A stretch of DNA of 24,000 nt. Source: Rhizobium sp. Q54. GTDB lineage: Bacteria > Pseudomonadota > Alphaproteobacteria > SHVV01. The notes below the pieces were generated by a model. That model made no database searches. It was given only the letters and a program-made list of their open reading frames with translations, and was not told the origin of the DNA. A program made the translations under genes and the position numbers. Shown in pieces: positions 8,501 to 16,238 of the stretch; positions within the stretch are counted from its first letter, which is position 1, and every line of letters begins with the position of its first letter. The stretch covers positions 7,263-31,262 of the forward strand of contig CAMDOQ010000007.1 of the NCBI GenBank assembly GCA_945903685.1, given 5' to 3'.

Positions 8501-8689
8501 ATGCCGCTGGTGGACGACGACGACCGACCGATCCCGAAACTTCCCCGCAAGATCGACGACATGTCGGTCGTGGAATTGGAGGCGTTCATCGCCGCTTGCG
8601 AGGGCAAGATCGCCGAAGCCCGCGCCGTTATTCACCGCAAGCAGGGCGCACGCGGCGCCGCCGACGCCATCTTCAAGAAGAAAGGCTGA
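8501..8689 (+). CDS. DUF1192-family small protein
   Basis: 62 aa. DDMSVVELEAFIAACEGKIAEARAVIHRKQGARGAADAIFK fits the DUF1192 pattern (acidic N-terminus, L..LSV.EL..RI..L..EI.R). GAGG SD 6 nt upstream. Ends 12 nt before metY. Confidence 0.75.
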   Translation: MPLVDDDDRPIPKLPRKIDDMSVVELEAFIAACEGKIAEARAVIHRKQGARGAADAIFKKKG

Positions 8690-8701
8690 TCGGCGCGAAT
8701 C

Positions 8702-9991
8702 ATGGCCGACGAGTATAAGTTCGCGACGCTCGCCCTCCACGCCGGGCAGCGTCCCGACCCCGCGACCGGTGCCCGCGCGGTGCCGATCTACCAGACGACG
8801 TCCTATGTGTTCGAGGACGCCGACCATGCCGCCGCGCTTTTCAACCTGGAGCGCGCCGGCCATATCTATTCGCGGATCTCGAACCCGACCGTCGCCGTGC
8901 TCGAGGAGCGCCTGGCCGCGCTCGAAGGCGGGGTCGGCGCCGTCTGCACCGCGAGTGGGCAGGCCGCGCTCCACTTGGCGGTGGCGACGCTCATGGGTGC
9001 CGGCGGCCACATCGTCTCCTCGGCCTCGATCTACGGCGGCTCGCACAATCTTTTCACCCACACGCTGCCCCGCTTCGGCATCACCACGACCTTCGTCAAC
9101 CCGCGCGACCTGGACGGCTTTCGCCGGGCGATCCGCCCGGAGACCCGGCTCGTGTTCGGCGAGACCATCGGCAACCCCGGGCTCGAAGTGCTCGACATCC
9201 CGGCGGTCGCGGCGATCGCGCACGCCGCCAACGTTCCGCTCCTGATCGATTCGACGTTCGCGACGCCCTATCTCTGCCGGCCGTTCGAGTGGGGCGCCGA
9301 TCTCGTCATGCATTCGGCGACCAAGTTCCTGGGCGGCCACGGCGTCGCTATCGCCGGCGCGATCGTCGATAGCGGCCGCTTCGATTGGGAAGCGTCGGGC
9401 AAGTTCCCGACCTTGACCGAGCCTTATGCCGGCTACCACGGGCTCGACTTCGCACTCGAGTTCGGCCCGGCCGCGTTCGTCATGCGGGCGCGCGCCGAGG
9501 GCCTGCGTGACTTCGGCGCCTGCATGGCGCCGGCGACCGCGTTCTACATTCTGCAAGGGGTCGAGACGCTGCCCACCCGGATGGCGCGCCATGTCGAGAA
9601 CGCGCGCGCCGTCGCCGCGTTCCTCGGCCAGCACGCGGCGGTCGAGTGGGTCACCTACCCCGAGCTAGACCGTCATCCCGACCGCGCGCTCGCGGCGCGG
9701 CTGTTGCCGCAAGGCGCGGGCGCGTTGGTCGTGTTCGGGATCAAGGGCGGGCGCGCCGCCGGACGCAAGTTCATCGAAGCGGTACGGCTGTTCTCGCACC
9801 TGGCCAATGTCGGCGACGCCAAGTCGCTGGTGATCCATCCGGCCTCGACCACGCACCAGCAAATGGACGCGGCGGCGCTGGCGGCGGCGGGCGTCGGCGA
9901 GGACATGATCCGGCTCTCAGTCGGGCTCGAAGACGCCGCCGATCTCGCCGCCGATCTCGGTCAGGCGCTCCACGCATCGCAAAAGGCCTGA
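8702..9991 (+). CDS. metY: O-acetylhomoserine aminocarboxypropyltransferase / sulfhydrylase (PLP-dependent, Cys/Met metabolism family)
   Basis: 429 aa. [52 protein letters not shown] is present, with the PLP-lysine motif [11 protein letters not shown] and a C-terminal IRLSVGLED. Confidence 0.92.
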   Translation: MADEYKFATLALHAGQRPDPATGARAVPIYQTTSYVFEDADHAAALFNLERAGHIYSRISNPTVAVLEERLAALEGGVGAVCTASGQAALHLAVATLMGAGGHIVSSASIYGGSHNLFTHTLPRFGITTTFVNPRDLDGFRRAIRPETRLVFGETIGNPGLEVLDIPAVAAIAHAANVPLLIDSTFATPYLCRPFEWGADLVMHSATKFLGGHGVAIAGAIVDSGRFDWEASGKFPTLTEPYAGYHGLDFALEFGPAAFVMRARAEGLRDFGACMAPATAFYILQGVETLPTRMARHVENARAVAAFLGQHAAVEWVTYPELDRHPDRALAARLLPQGAGALVVFGIKGGRAAGRKFIEAVRLFSHLANVGDAKSLVIHPASTTHQQMDAAALAAAGVGEDMIRLSVGLEDAADLAADLGQALHASQKA

Positions 9992-9995
9992 TCCG

Positions 9996-10805
9996 GTGGA
10001 GTTCGCGATTGCCGGCAAGCAGGTCTTTGCGGCCACCGGCGGGCGCGCCTTCGCGCCGGGGCCGCGCGCGCTCCTCTTCGTTCACGGCGCCGGGCTCGAC
10101 CACACCGTGTGGATGCTGCCGGCGCGTTACTTCGCGAACCACGGCTTCAGCGTCGCCGCTCTCGACTTGCCCGGCCATGGGCGCTCGGCGGGGCCGGCGC
10201 TCGCGACTGTCGAAGCGTTGGGCGCGTGGCTCCTGGCGGCGATGGACGCGCTCGGTCTCGCCCGCGCCGCGCTCTGCGGCCACAGCACGGGCTCGCTCGC
10301 GGCGCTGGCGGCTGCCGGCGCGGCGCCCGCCCGCGTCGCGGCGCTCGCGCTGCTCGCGACCGCGCACCCGATGGCGGTGAGCGACGAACTCCTGAACGCC
10401 GCCGCTGCCGACGACCATCGCGCTTTCGAGTTGATTGTCGGCTGGGGCCACAGCCGCCAAGCGCATCTCGGCCGCTCGACCGCGCCCGGGATGTGGATGG
10501 CGGGAGGATCGCTCCGCCTGCTCGAACGCAGCGTTCCCGGCGTCCTTCGCACCGACCTGGCCGCGGCCAAGACCTATGGTGGCGCGCTCGCGGCGGCGGC
10601 CCAGGTCGCGTGCCCGACGTTCGTGCTCCTGGGCGATTCCGATCGCATGACGCCGCCGGCCCGCGGCCGCGCGGTTGCCGATGCGATCGCGGGGTCGAGC
10701 ACCGTCGTCTTGAAGGACTGCGGGCACATGATGGTGGCCGAACAGCCCGACCAAGTGACTGCCGCGCTGGCCCGGCACTTTATCGGTGCGCTCGGCGACA
10801 AATAA
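9996..10805 (+). CDS. Alpha/beta-fold hydrolase, substrate unknown
   Basis: 269 aa. HG oxyanion region LLFVHGAGLDHTVW, nucleophile elbow GHSTGS, an acid residue in LLGDSDRMTP and a His in DCGHMMVAEQP. GTG start lies 4 nt after the metY stop, so the two are probably co-transcribed. Confidence 0.8.
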   Translation: MEFAIAGKQVFAATGGRAFAPGPRALLFVHGAGLDHTVWMLPARYFANHGFSVAALDLPGHGRSAGPALATVEALGAWLLAAMDALGLARAALCGHSTGSLAALAAAGAAPARVAALALLATAHPMAVSDELLNAAAADDHRAFELIVGWGHSRQAHLGRSTAPGMWMAGGSLRLLERSVPGVLRTDLAAAKTYGGALAAAAQVACPTFVLLGDSDRMTPPARGRAVADAIAGSSTVVLKDCGHMMVAEQPDQVTAALARHFIGALGDK

Positions 10806-10808
10806 AAA

Positions 10809-10829
10809 CCCCCGGGCATGGCCCGGGGG
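10809..10829 (-). terminator. Rho-independent terminator for rpmE (also a hairpin for the convergent hydrolase gene)
   Basis: CCCCCGGGC-ATG-GCCCGGGGG is a 9-bp GC stem. On the minus strand it is followed by TTTTTATTT (complement of aaataaaaa at 10800-10808). Located between the two convergent stop codons. Confidence 0.8.
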
Positions 10830-10855
10830 CTGGTTCGGTTCCGGCCGGCTTCGAC

Positions 10856-11080
10856 CTACTTGATGCCGAAGCGCTCGAACCGCTTGTTGAACTTGGCGAC
10901 TTGGCCGCCCGAGTCGACCAGCTTGAGGCCGCCGCCGGTCCAGGCCGGGTGCGACTTGGGATCGACGTCGAGGCGCAGCGAGTCGCCGGCCTTGCCGTAG
11001 GTCGAGCGGGTCGTGAACTGCGAGCCATCGGTCATGATGACCGTGATCTCATGATATTCGGGATGGATACCCTCTTTCAT
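10856..11080 (-). CDS. rpmE: 50S ribosomal protein L31 (Cys-less form)
   Basis: [20 protein letters not shown]...HPAWTGG...VAKFNKRF is the L31 signature. The true start is the ATG at 11080 (74 aa). The track ORF to 11173 is an upstream read-through extension. Confidence 0.93.
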   Translation of the reverse strand: MKEGIHPEYHEITVIMTDGSQFTTRSTYGKAGDSLRLDVDPKSHPAWTGGGLKLVDSGGQVAKFNKRFERFGIK

Positions 11081-11140
11081 GGTCTGGCTCCGATGGAAAA
11101 AAGCGGCCGGGATGGCGGTCCATCCGCCGGCGGGGCGGAT

Positions 11141-11168
11141 ATATAGCGAACGCCCCGGGCTGGCGCAA
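11141..11168 (-). promoter_or_regulatory. Candidate sigma-70-type promoter for rpmE (-35 TTGCGC, 16-bp spacer, -10 CTATAT)
   Basis: Read on the minus strand. The -10 hexamer resembles the CTATAT-like alphaproteobacterial housekeeping consensus as I recall it; the -35 is weak. It would give a roughly 50-nt leader containing a GGATGG/CCATCC hairpin (11110-11125). Prediction by eye only. Confidence 0.25.
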
Positions 11169-11205
11169 GCCAAGCGTGATTTCGCTCGGCGCCGGTCTAG
11201 TTTTA

Positions 11206-11233
11206 TTGTCCGGGCCCGGCCCGCTTGCTATAC
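11206..11233 (+). promoter_or_regulatory. Candidate sigma-70-type promoter for cyaY (-35 TTGTCC, 16-bp spacer, -10 CTATAC)
   Basis: Hexamers read directly. The predicted start is about 12-15 nt upstream of the cyaY ATG, leaving room for the GGAGA SD. Prediction by eye only. Confidence 0.3.
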
Positions 11234-11251
11234 CCGGCCGACGGAGACGCG

Positions 11252-11578
11252 ATGGCTTTGGATGAATCGACCTTCGAGCGCGTGGCGGGCGAGGCGCTCG
11301 CGCGCTATGCCGAGCGCCTCGAAGCGGCGGAGGGGCTCGACGTCGAGCTGCAGGGAGGGGTCCTTACCATCGAGACCGATGCCGGCAAGACCTTCGTCCT
11401 CAACAAGCACGCGCCGTTGAAGCAATTGTGGCTATCATCGCCGGTGAGCGGCGGCTCGCACTATGCGTTCGACGCGGCGCGTGGCGCCTGGATCGCGACC
11501 CGCGGCGGCGCGCCGTTGGCCGAAGCGTTGGCCCGCGACCTCGCGCAGGCGGCACAGGTGACGGTCGATTTCGCGTGA
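11252..11578 (+). CDS. cyaY: Frataxin homologue, iron donor/regulator of Fe-S cluster assembly
   Basis: 108 aa from the ATG at 11252 (GGAGA SD). FERVAGEAL...LE......DVELQGGVLTIE...GKTFVLNKHAPLKQLWLSSPVSGGSHY.FD is the CyaY/frataxin pattern. The track start at 11225 is a TTG extension. Confidence 0.88.
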   Translation: MALDESTFERVAGEALARYAERLEAAEGLDVELQGGVLTIETDAGKTFVLNKHAPLKQLWLSSPVSGGSHYAFDAARGAWIATRGGAPLAEALARDLAQAAQVTVDFA

Positions 11579-11600
11579 CCGGTCAGGGGCGGCACCCGGC

Positions 11601-13433
11601 GTGAGCGATCCATCGAACAGCCGCGCGGCGCCGACGGCCGCTAGCGCGAGCGAGCGCGCCAAGTCGCGCGACCTGGGCCAAATTCGCCACCTGTGGCCGT
11701 TCGTCAAGCCGCACGGGAGCGTGGTCTTGGGCGCGCTCGTCGCGCTTCTGGTCGCGGCCGGCGCGACCCTCGCGATCGGCCAGGCACTAAGGCGGGTGGT
11801 CGATTCCGGCTTCCAGGCCGACAACGCAGCTTTTCTCGACCAGTATTTCCTCGCGTTGTTCGGGGTCGTGGTCGTCCTCGCGGTGGCGACCTTCGCCCGC
11901 TTCTACTGCGTCTCGTGGTTGGGCGAGCGCGTGGTCGCGGCCGTCCGGAGTGCAGTCTACGACCGCGTCATCGGCCTCTCGCCCGCTTATTTCGAGACCG
12001 CGCGCACCGGCGAAATCCTCTCGCGCCTCACCACCGACACCGAGCAGATCCAGTCGGTGGTGGGATCGAGCGCTTCGGTCGCGCTCCGCAACGTCCTGCT
12101 CCTGATCGGCGGCACCGCGCTCCTGTTCGTGACCTCGGTCAAGCTGGCGCTGCTCATTCTCCTGATCGTGCCGCTGGTGGTAGTGCCGATCCTGGTCTTC
12201 GGCCGCAAGGTGCGCCGGCTCTCGCGCGCGAGCCTGGACCGCATCGCCGACGTCTCGGCTTACGCCAGCGAGACCCTGAACGCCGTTGAAACGGTGCAAG
12301 CGTTCGCGCACGAGGCCTATGACCGCCGCCGCTTCCGGGGCGCGGTCGAAGACGCATTCGGCGCCGCCGTCAAGCGCATCAATGCGCGCGCCTGGCTGAC
12401 CGCGCTCGTCATTCTTCTGATCTTCGGCGCGGTCGATGCGGTCATGTGGATCGGCGCCCGTGACGTTGCCGAGGCCCAGATCAGCGGTGGCACGCTCGCG
12501 GCGTTCGTGTTCTACGCGATCGTGGTGGCGGGTTCGGCCGGAGCGCTCTCGGAGGTCTATGGCGACTTCCAGCGCGCGGCCGGTGCCGCCGAGCGGCTGA
12601 TCGAACTCCTGCGCACGCCGATCGATATCCGGGCGCCGGCCCACCCGGCGCCGCTTGCCCTGCCGGCCAAGGGCGCAATCGCCTTCGAGCGCGTCGGTTT
12701 CCGTTACCCCTCGCGTCCCGATGCGCATGCGCTCGCCGACTTCGACCTGATGATCGCGCCGGGTGAGCGGGTGGCGCTGGTCGGACCGTCGGGCGCCGGC
12801 AAGTCGACAGTGTTCCGGATGCTGCTCCGCTTCCACGATCCGGAGACCGGCCGCATTACCTTCGATGGTATCGCGCTGCCCGATCTGGATCCGCAGGTCT
12901 TGCGGGGCGCGATCGGCGTGGTCGCGCAAGACGCGGCGATTTTCGCCGCGACCGCGATGGAGAACATCCGCTACGGCCGGCCGGCGGCGAGCGACGACGA
13001 CGTCCAAGCCGCGGCCGAGGCGGCGCAGGCGGCGGGCTTCATCGCCAGGCTGCCCGGAGGCTTCCACACCTTCTTGGGCGAGCGCGGTGTCCGCCTCTCG
13101 GGCGGACAACGCCAGCGGATCGCGATCGCGCGTGCGATCCTTCGCAATCCGGCGCTGCTGCTGCTCGATGAGGCGACCAGCGCGCTCGATTCCGAGAGCG
13201 AGCAAAAGGTCCAGGCCGCGCTCGAACCCCTGATGCGCGGTCGCACCACGCTCGTAATCGCGCACCGGCTGGCGACCGTGCTCGGTGCCGACCGCATCGT
13301 CGTCATCGATCAAGGCCGTATCGTCGCGCAAGGGAAACACGATCAGTTGATGGCCGAGGGTGGGCTCTACGCCCGGCTGGCGACGCTCCAGTTCAACATC
13401 GGCCAGCTCGCTCTGGGCCGCGCCGCGCAGTAG
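11601..13433 (+). CDS. ABC exporter, fused permease-ATPase half-transporter (ABCB type; Mdl1/ABCB10/MsbA-like)
   Basis: 610 aa. Six-helix TMD with the SRLTTDTEQIQ motif, Walker A GPSGAGKST, signature LSGGQRQRIAIARA, Walker B LLLLDEATSALD and H-loop VIAHRL. GTG start 22 nt after the cyaY stop; the start is less certain than the identity. Confidence 0.88.
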   Translation: MSDPSNSRAAPTAASASERAKSRDLGQIRHLWPFVKPHGSVVLGALVALLVAAGATLAIGQALRRVVDSGFQADNAAFLDQYFLALFGVVVVLAVATFARFYCVSWLGERVVAAVRSAVYDRVIGLSPAYFETARTGEILSRLTTDTEQIQSVVGSSASVALRNVLLLIGGTALLFVTSVKLALLILLIVPLVVVPILVFGRKVRRLSRASLDRIADVSAYASETLNAVETVQAFAHEAYDRRRFRGAVEDAFGAAVKRINARAWLTALVILLIFGAVDAVMWIGARDVAEAQISGGTLAAFVFYAIVVAGSAGALSEVYGDFQRAAGAAERLIELLRTPIDIRAPAHPAPLALPAKGAIAFERVGFRYPSRPDAHALADFDLMIAPGERVALVGPSGAGKSTVFRMLLRFHDPETGRITFDGIALPDLDPQVLRGAIGVVAQDAAIFAATAMENIRYGRPAASDDDVQAAAEAAQAAGFIARLPGGFHTFLGERGVRLSGGQRQRIAIARAILRNPALLLLDEATSALDSESEQKVQAALEPLMRGRTTLVIAHRLATVLGADRIVVIDQGRIVAQGKHDQLMAEGGLYARLATLQFNIGQLALGRAAQ

Positions 13434-13440
13434 CGCCGTA

Positions 13441-13476
13441 ACCCCCTCCCTACCCTCCCCCTCTCCGAGGGGGAGG
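13441..13476 (+). repeat. C-rich box + GC hairpin element (copy B1) downstream of the ABC exporter gene
   Basis: ACCCCCTCCCTACCC is followed by a 10-bp stem CCTCCCCCTC / GAGGGGGAGG with a 3-nt loop (13454-13476). Same layout as copies A and C, but both stem arms carry matching substitutions. Confidence 0.55.
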
Positions 13477-13493
13477 AGACAAGTAAATGAAGC

Positions 13494-13549
13494 TCCTCCC
13501 CCTGCGTCGCAGGGGGAGGACGCGAGCGCCGCGAGCGGGTGGGGGCCCC
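13494..13549 (-). repeat. GC hairpin + G-rich box (copy B2, inverted orientation, looser match)
   Basis: Perfect 12-bp stem TCCTCCCCCTGC-GTC-GCAGGGGGAGGA (13494-13520), then a 16-nt spacer and GGGTGGGGGCCCC (13537-13549). Read on the minus strand this is a C-rich box followed by a hairpin, i.e. forward orientation relative to the minus-strand MotB-like gene. Confidence 0.45.
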
Positions 13550-13708
13550 GCGCCCGCCGGCGCGTGTGTTTCGTGGCCATCGTTGACGCCTGTCGGTTGA
13601 ACCGCCTCGGCGGTATCAAGGTCGTGCGCGACGAGAATCACGAACGCTGAGGCTTACGTTCGACACCAACATTTTGGTTTATGAGGTGGGCGCCGACGCC
13701 GTCGGCGA

Positions 13709-15025
13709 CTACCGCTCGGTGAGCTTCATCTCGATGCGGCGGTTGCGCCGGTAGGCGATCTCGTCGGTGCGGGGATCGAGCGGCTGAAACTCGCCGAACC
13801 CGGCGGCGGCGAGCCGCTTGGCCGGAATGCCCTGCGTCGTCAGGAAGCGCGTCACCGCAATCGCGCGCGCTGCCGAGAGCTCCCAGTTCGAGGGGAACTG
13901 CGCGGTCGCGATCGGACGGACGTCGGTGTGGCCGTCGATCCGGATCACCCACGGGATTTCTTCGGGAATACGCGGGCTGATTTCGCGGAGCGTGGCGGCG
14001 AGCGTCGCCATCTGCCCGCGCCCGGCTTCGCCCAGCTCGGCCGACCCGGTCTCGAACAGGACTTCGGACTGAAACACGAAACGGTCGCCGACGATCGTGA
14101 TATCGGGACGATCGCCCAGCACTTCGCGCAGCCGCCCGAAAAATTCGGAGCGGTACCGGGACAACTCCTCGACCCGCCGGGCGAGGGCGACGTTCAAGCG
14201 CTGCCCCAGCGCCTCGATCTGCGCCTTCTGGTCGACGTCCTTGACCTCAGAGGACTTGAGCGCGACTTCGAGCCGGGCAAGCTGACGGCGGAGCTCCGCG
14301 ATCTGGTCGTTCAGCGCCTTGACCCGGGTCTCGGACCGGGTCGAGGAGAACTGCTCGCTCGCGATCTCCTGGCGCGCGGCTTCGAGCTGGCGGCCGATCT
14401 CGGCCAAGCGAATCTCGCGCTTTTCGATTTCCTTCTGGGCGAGCGAGGTCTTCTCGGCTTCGCTCGCGAGCCGCGCTTCGAGCTGCCGGGTGCGATCGCG
14501 GGCCTGGGTCGCTTCGGCCGAGCGCTCGGCGACCTGTTGTTCGAGCTGCGCGCGCACGGCGCGCAGGGCGTCGATGTCGCGGCGCAAGCTCACGAGCTCG
14601 GCCAACTGCAGCTCGATCTTCTCCTTGTCGACCGCGATCGACTTCTGGAGCTGCGCCGCCTCGACCTCGGCCCGCTCGGCGCGGCCGGTGAGGGCGGAGA
14701 TCTGGGTGGTGAGGTCCTCGACCTTGAGCGTCAGCGTGTCGCGGTCCTTGGCCGATTCCTGGAGTGTTGCCGAGAGCTGGGCGACCGAGAGCCTGAGTTC
14801 GGCGTTGGACTGGCGTTCGAGCGAGAGCAGGTCGGACAACTCGGCGATCTGCTTGTCGAGCCGCACCAACGCCTCGTCGCGGCCGGTCAGCGCTTCGGCC
14901 AGGAAGTAGTGGCCGAACGTAAATACCACCAGCAGAAACGTGATTCCGAGCAGCAGCGTGCTCAAGGCATCGACGAACCCCGGCCAGATATCGACCGAAC
15001 GGTGCGCGCGCGCCTGCCTCGCCAT
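13709..15025 (-). CDS. MotB/TolR-like membrane protein with a long coiled-coil spacer and a C-terminal OmpA/MotB peptidoglycan-binding domain
   Basis: 438 aa. The N-terminus DIWPGFVDALSTLLLGITFLLVVF is a single TM helix with the conserved Asp, like the MotB plug/TM region. Residues ~46-290 are heptad-rich and Glu/Leu/Arg/Gln/Ala-rich. The C-terminus FETGSAEL...RIDGHTDVRP...SNWELSAARAIAV..FL...GI...RL.AAGFGE..P......AYRRNRRIE is OmpA-like. The AGGAG SD overlaps the stop codon of the upstream gene. Confidence 0.85.
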   Translation of the reverse strand: MARQARAHRSVDIWPGFVDALSTLLLGITFLLVVFTFGHYFLAEALTGRDEALVRLDKQIAELSDLLSLERQSNAELRLSVAQLSATLQESAKDRDTLTLKVEDLTTQISALTGRAERAEVEAAQLQKSIAVDKEKIELQLAELVSLRRDIDALRAVRAQLEQQVAERSAEATQARDRTRQLEARLASEAEKTSLAQKEIEKREIRLAEIGRQLEAARQEIASEQFSSTRSETRVKALNDQIAELRRQLARLEVALKSSEVKDVDQKAQIEALGQRLNVALARRVEELSRYRSEFFGRLREVLGDRPDITIVGDRFVFQSEVLFETGSAELGEAGRGQMATLAATLREISPRIPEEIPWVIRIDGHTDVRPIATAQFPSNWELSAARAIAVTRFLTTQGIPAKRLAAAGFGEFQPLDPRTDEIAYRRNRRIEMKLTER

Positions 15026-15035
15026 CGGAGCGCTC

Positions 15036-16184
15036 CTAGTGCTGGCGGCTGCTGTGCTCGATCGCGGTCGCGACGGTGCGGGCGAGAAGCTTGACCTCGC
15101 TCCGGAAGTCCTCGATCAGCTCTTTGCGGCCCATGCTGGTCTCTTCCAAGAGCCGCATCATGTAGACATCGAGATTCTTCAAGTGCGTGCGGCTGGCCGG
15201 GTCGAGCCCGCCGGCGGCGCGCTCGCTCGATTCGGCCAAGCGCTGCAGGAACGGCTTGATCTCGACCTGGGCTTCCGCCAGCCGGATCATCAGGTCCTGT
15301 TCGGCCCGCATCTGGTCGGACAAGGTCGAGAGCTTGTCGGCGAGCGTGAGCAGCGTCGTGTTGGCGGAGGCGCGGTTGTCTTCGCTCCGCGCCATGATGC
15401 GCCGGAGGTTTTCGAGGCTCTCGGCGGTCTGCTCGAGGAGCGCGCTGACGTAGGCTGGGACCGACTGGTCGCCATCGCCGAGGCCGCCCGAGGAGAGCCG
15501 CGTCACGCTCGCGAGCCACTCCTCGAGGTCGTTATAGAACCGGTTCTGGGCGTGGCCGGCCTGGAGATCGAGAAAGCCCACGATCAGCGATCCGGCGAGG
15601 CCGAACAGCGATGCCGAAAACGCGGTGCCCATCCCGGAGAGCGGCGCGCGCAGGCCGGCCTGGAGATCGCGGAACACGGTCTGAATGTCGCCACCGGCCG
15701 CGATCTGCAGCCGCCCGAGTGCGAGGCTGAGCGACCCCATGGTTTGGATGAGGCCCCAGAACGTTCCGAGCAGCCCCAAGAAGATGAGCAGGCCGATCAG
15801 GTAGCGCGCGGTTTCGCGGCCTTCGTCGAGCCGCGAGGAAATGGTGTCCAGCAGGCTCCGTAGCGAAGCCGTCGAGAGCGACATTTTCCCGGCACGCTCG
15901 CCCAGCATCGCTGCCATCGGTGCCAACAGCGTCGGCGGCTTCGGTACCGAAAGGCCCGGTTCGTTCCGCCGGTAGACCTCAATCCAGCGGACCTCGGGCG
16001 TCAGGCGGTGGACCTGGCGGAACACGTAGGCGACGCCGATCAGGAACGTGCCGAAGATCAACCCGTTCAGCGCGATGTTGGCGGCGAACGCCTTCCACAC
16101 CGTGTCCGAGAGCAAGACGAGAACGACAATGACCACGAGCATGAACGCGGCCATCCGCATCAAGTATTTTTGCGGGCGGGTCAT
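15036..16184 (-). CDS. MotA/TolQ/ExbB-family proton-channel protein with a ~175-aa helical C-terminal tail
   Basis: 382 aa. Four predicted TM helices (about 10-26, 36-56, 127-148, 183-207). Family signature LIFLGLLGTFWGLIQTM ... LSGMGTAFSASLFGLAGSLIVGF. The tail (208-382) is Leu/Glu/Arg/Ala-rich and predicted helical. GAGGA SD 7 nt upstream of the ATG at 16184. Confidence 0.85.
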   Translation of the reverse strand: MTRPQKYLMRMAAFMLVVIVVLVLLSDTVWKAFAANIALNGLIFGTFLIGVAYVFRQVHRLTPEVRWIEVYRRNEPGLSVPKPPTLLAPMAAMLGERAGKMSLSTASLRSLLDTISSRLDEGRETARYLIGLLIFLGLLGTFWGLIQTMGSLSLALGRLQIAAGGDIQTVFRDLQAGLRAPLSGMGTAFSASLFGLAGSLIVGFLDLQAGHAQNRFYNDLEEWLASVTRLSSGGLGDGDQSVPAYVSALLEQTAESLENLRRIMARSEDNRASANTTLLTLADKLSTLSDQMRAEQDLMIRLAEAQVEIKPFLQRLAESSERAAGGLDPASRTHLKNLDVYMMRLLEETSMGRKELIEDFRSEVKLLARTVATAIEHSSRQH

Positions 16185-16238
16185 GGGCGATCCTCTTTTT
16201 CGGTGGGGCGCGATCCGGTGCCGCCGGCCGGCGGCGAC

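Noticed and set aside
8404-8607. N-terminal extensions in the ORF track: qor to 8607, rpmE to 11173, cyaY from 11225, efp to 19176, thiE to 21195, fba to 22055, the Pro-rich gene to 17582, and the GGDEF gene from 1190.
   Set aside because: The extensions precede the conserved family N-termini, have odd composition or run into the neighbouring gene. Internal ATG or GTG codons with Shine-Dalgarno sequences fit better.
8690-8701. Looked for a SAM riboswitch upstream of metY and a TPP riboswitch upstream of thiE.
   Set aside because: metY starts 12 nt after the DUF1192 gene and thiE overlaps the fba stop, so neither has room for a leader. No riboswitch-like structure was seen in nearby gaps.
11787-13619. 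610-aa minus-strand ORF, coincidentally the same length as the ABC exporter on the opposite strand.
   Set aside because: It is antisense to a gene with complete Walker A, signature, Walker B and H-loop motifs. The translation is Arg/Asp/Gly-rich junk, and the equal length is coincidence.
13575-13641. In the 275-nt intergenic region, a minus-strand stretch translates to ILVAHDLDTAEAVQPTGVNDG. This resembles the H-loop region of an ABC ATPase (V.HDL.EA....V..DG) and might be a gene relic.
   Set aside because: It is only about 20 codons, is preceded by an in-frame stop and has no flanking ABC motifs. A chance resemblance cannot be excluded without a search.
13641-13680. Hairpin CGAACG-N10-CGTTCG followed by a T-richer stretch (attttggttt) in the locally AT-richer part of the 13434-13708 spacer. 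Possible small RNA or terminator.
   Set aside because: The stem is only 6 bp with a 10-nt loop, and the T-run is interrupted and displaced. I found no promoter-like element for an sRNA.
13709-16184. Whether the MotA-like/MotB-like pair is a Zorya (ZorAB) anti-phage system.
   Set aside because: No ZorC/ZorD-type or other effector genes are adjacent. The MotA-like tail is far shorter than I recall for ZorA, and the long coiled coil is on the MotB-like subunit instead. The context is housekeeping with no island hallmarks. The architecture is still noted as a finding.
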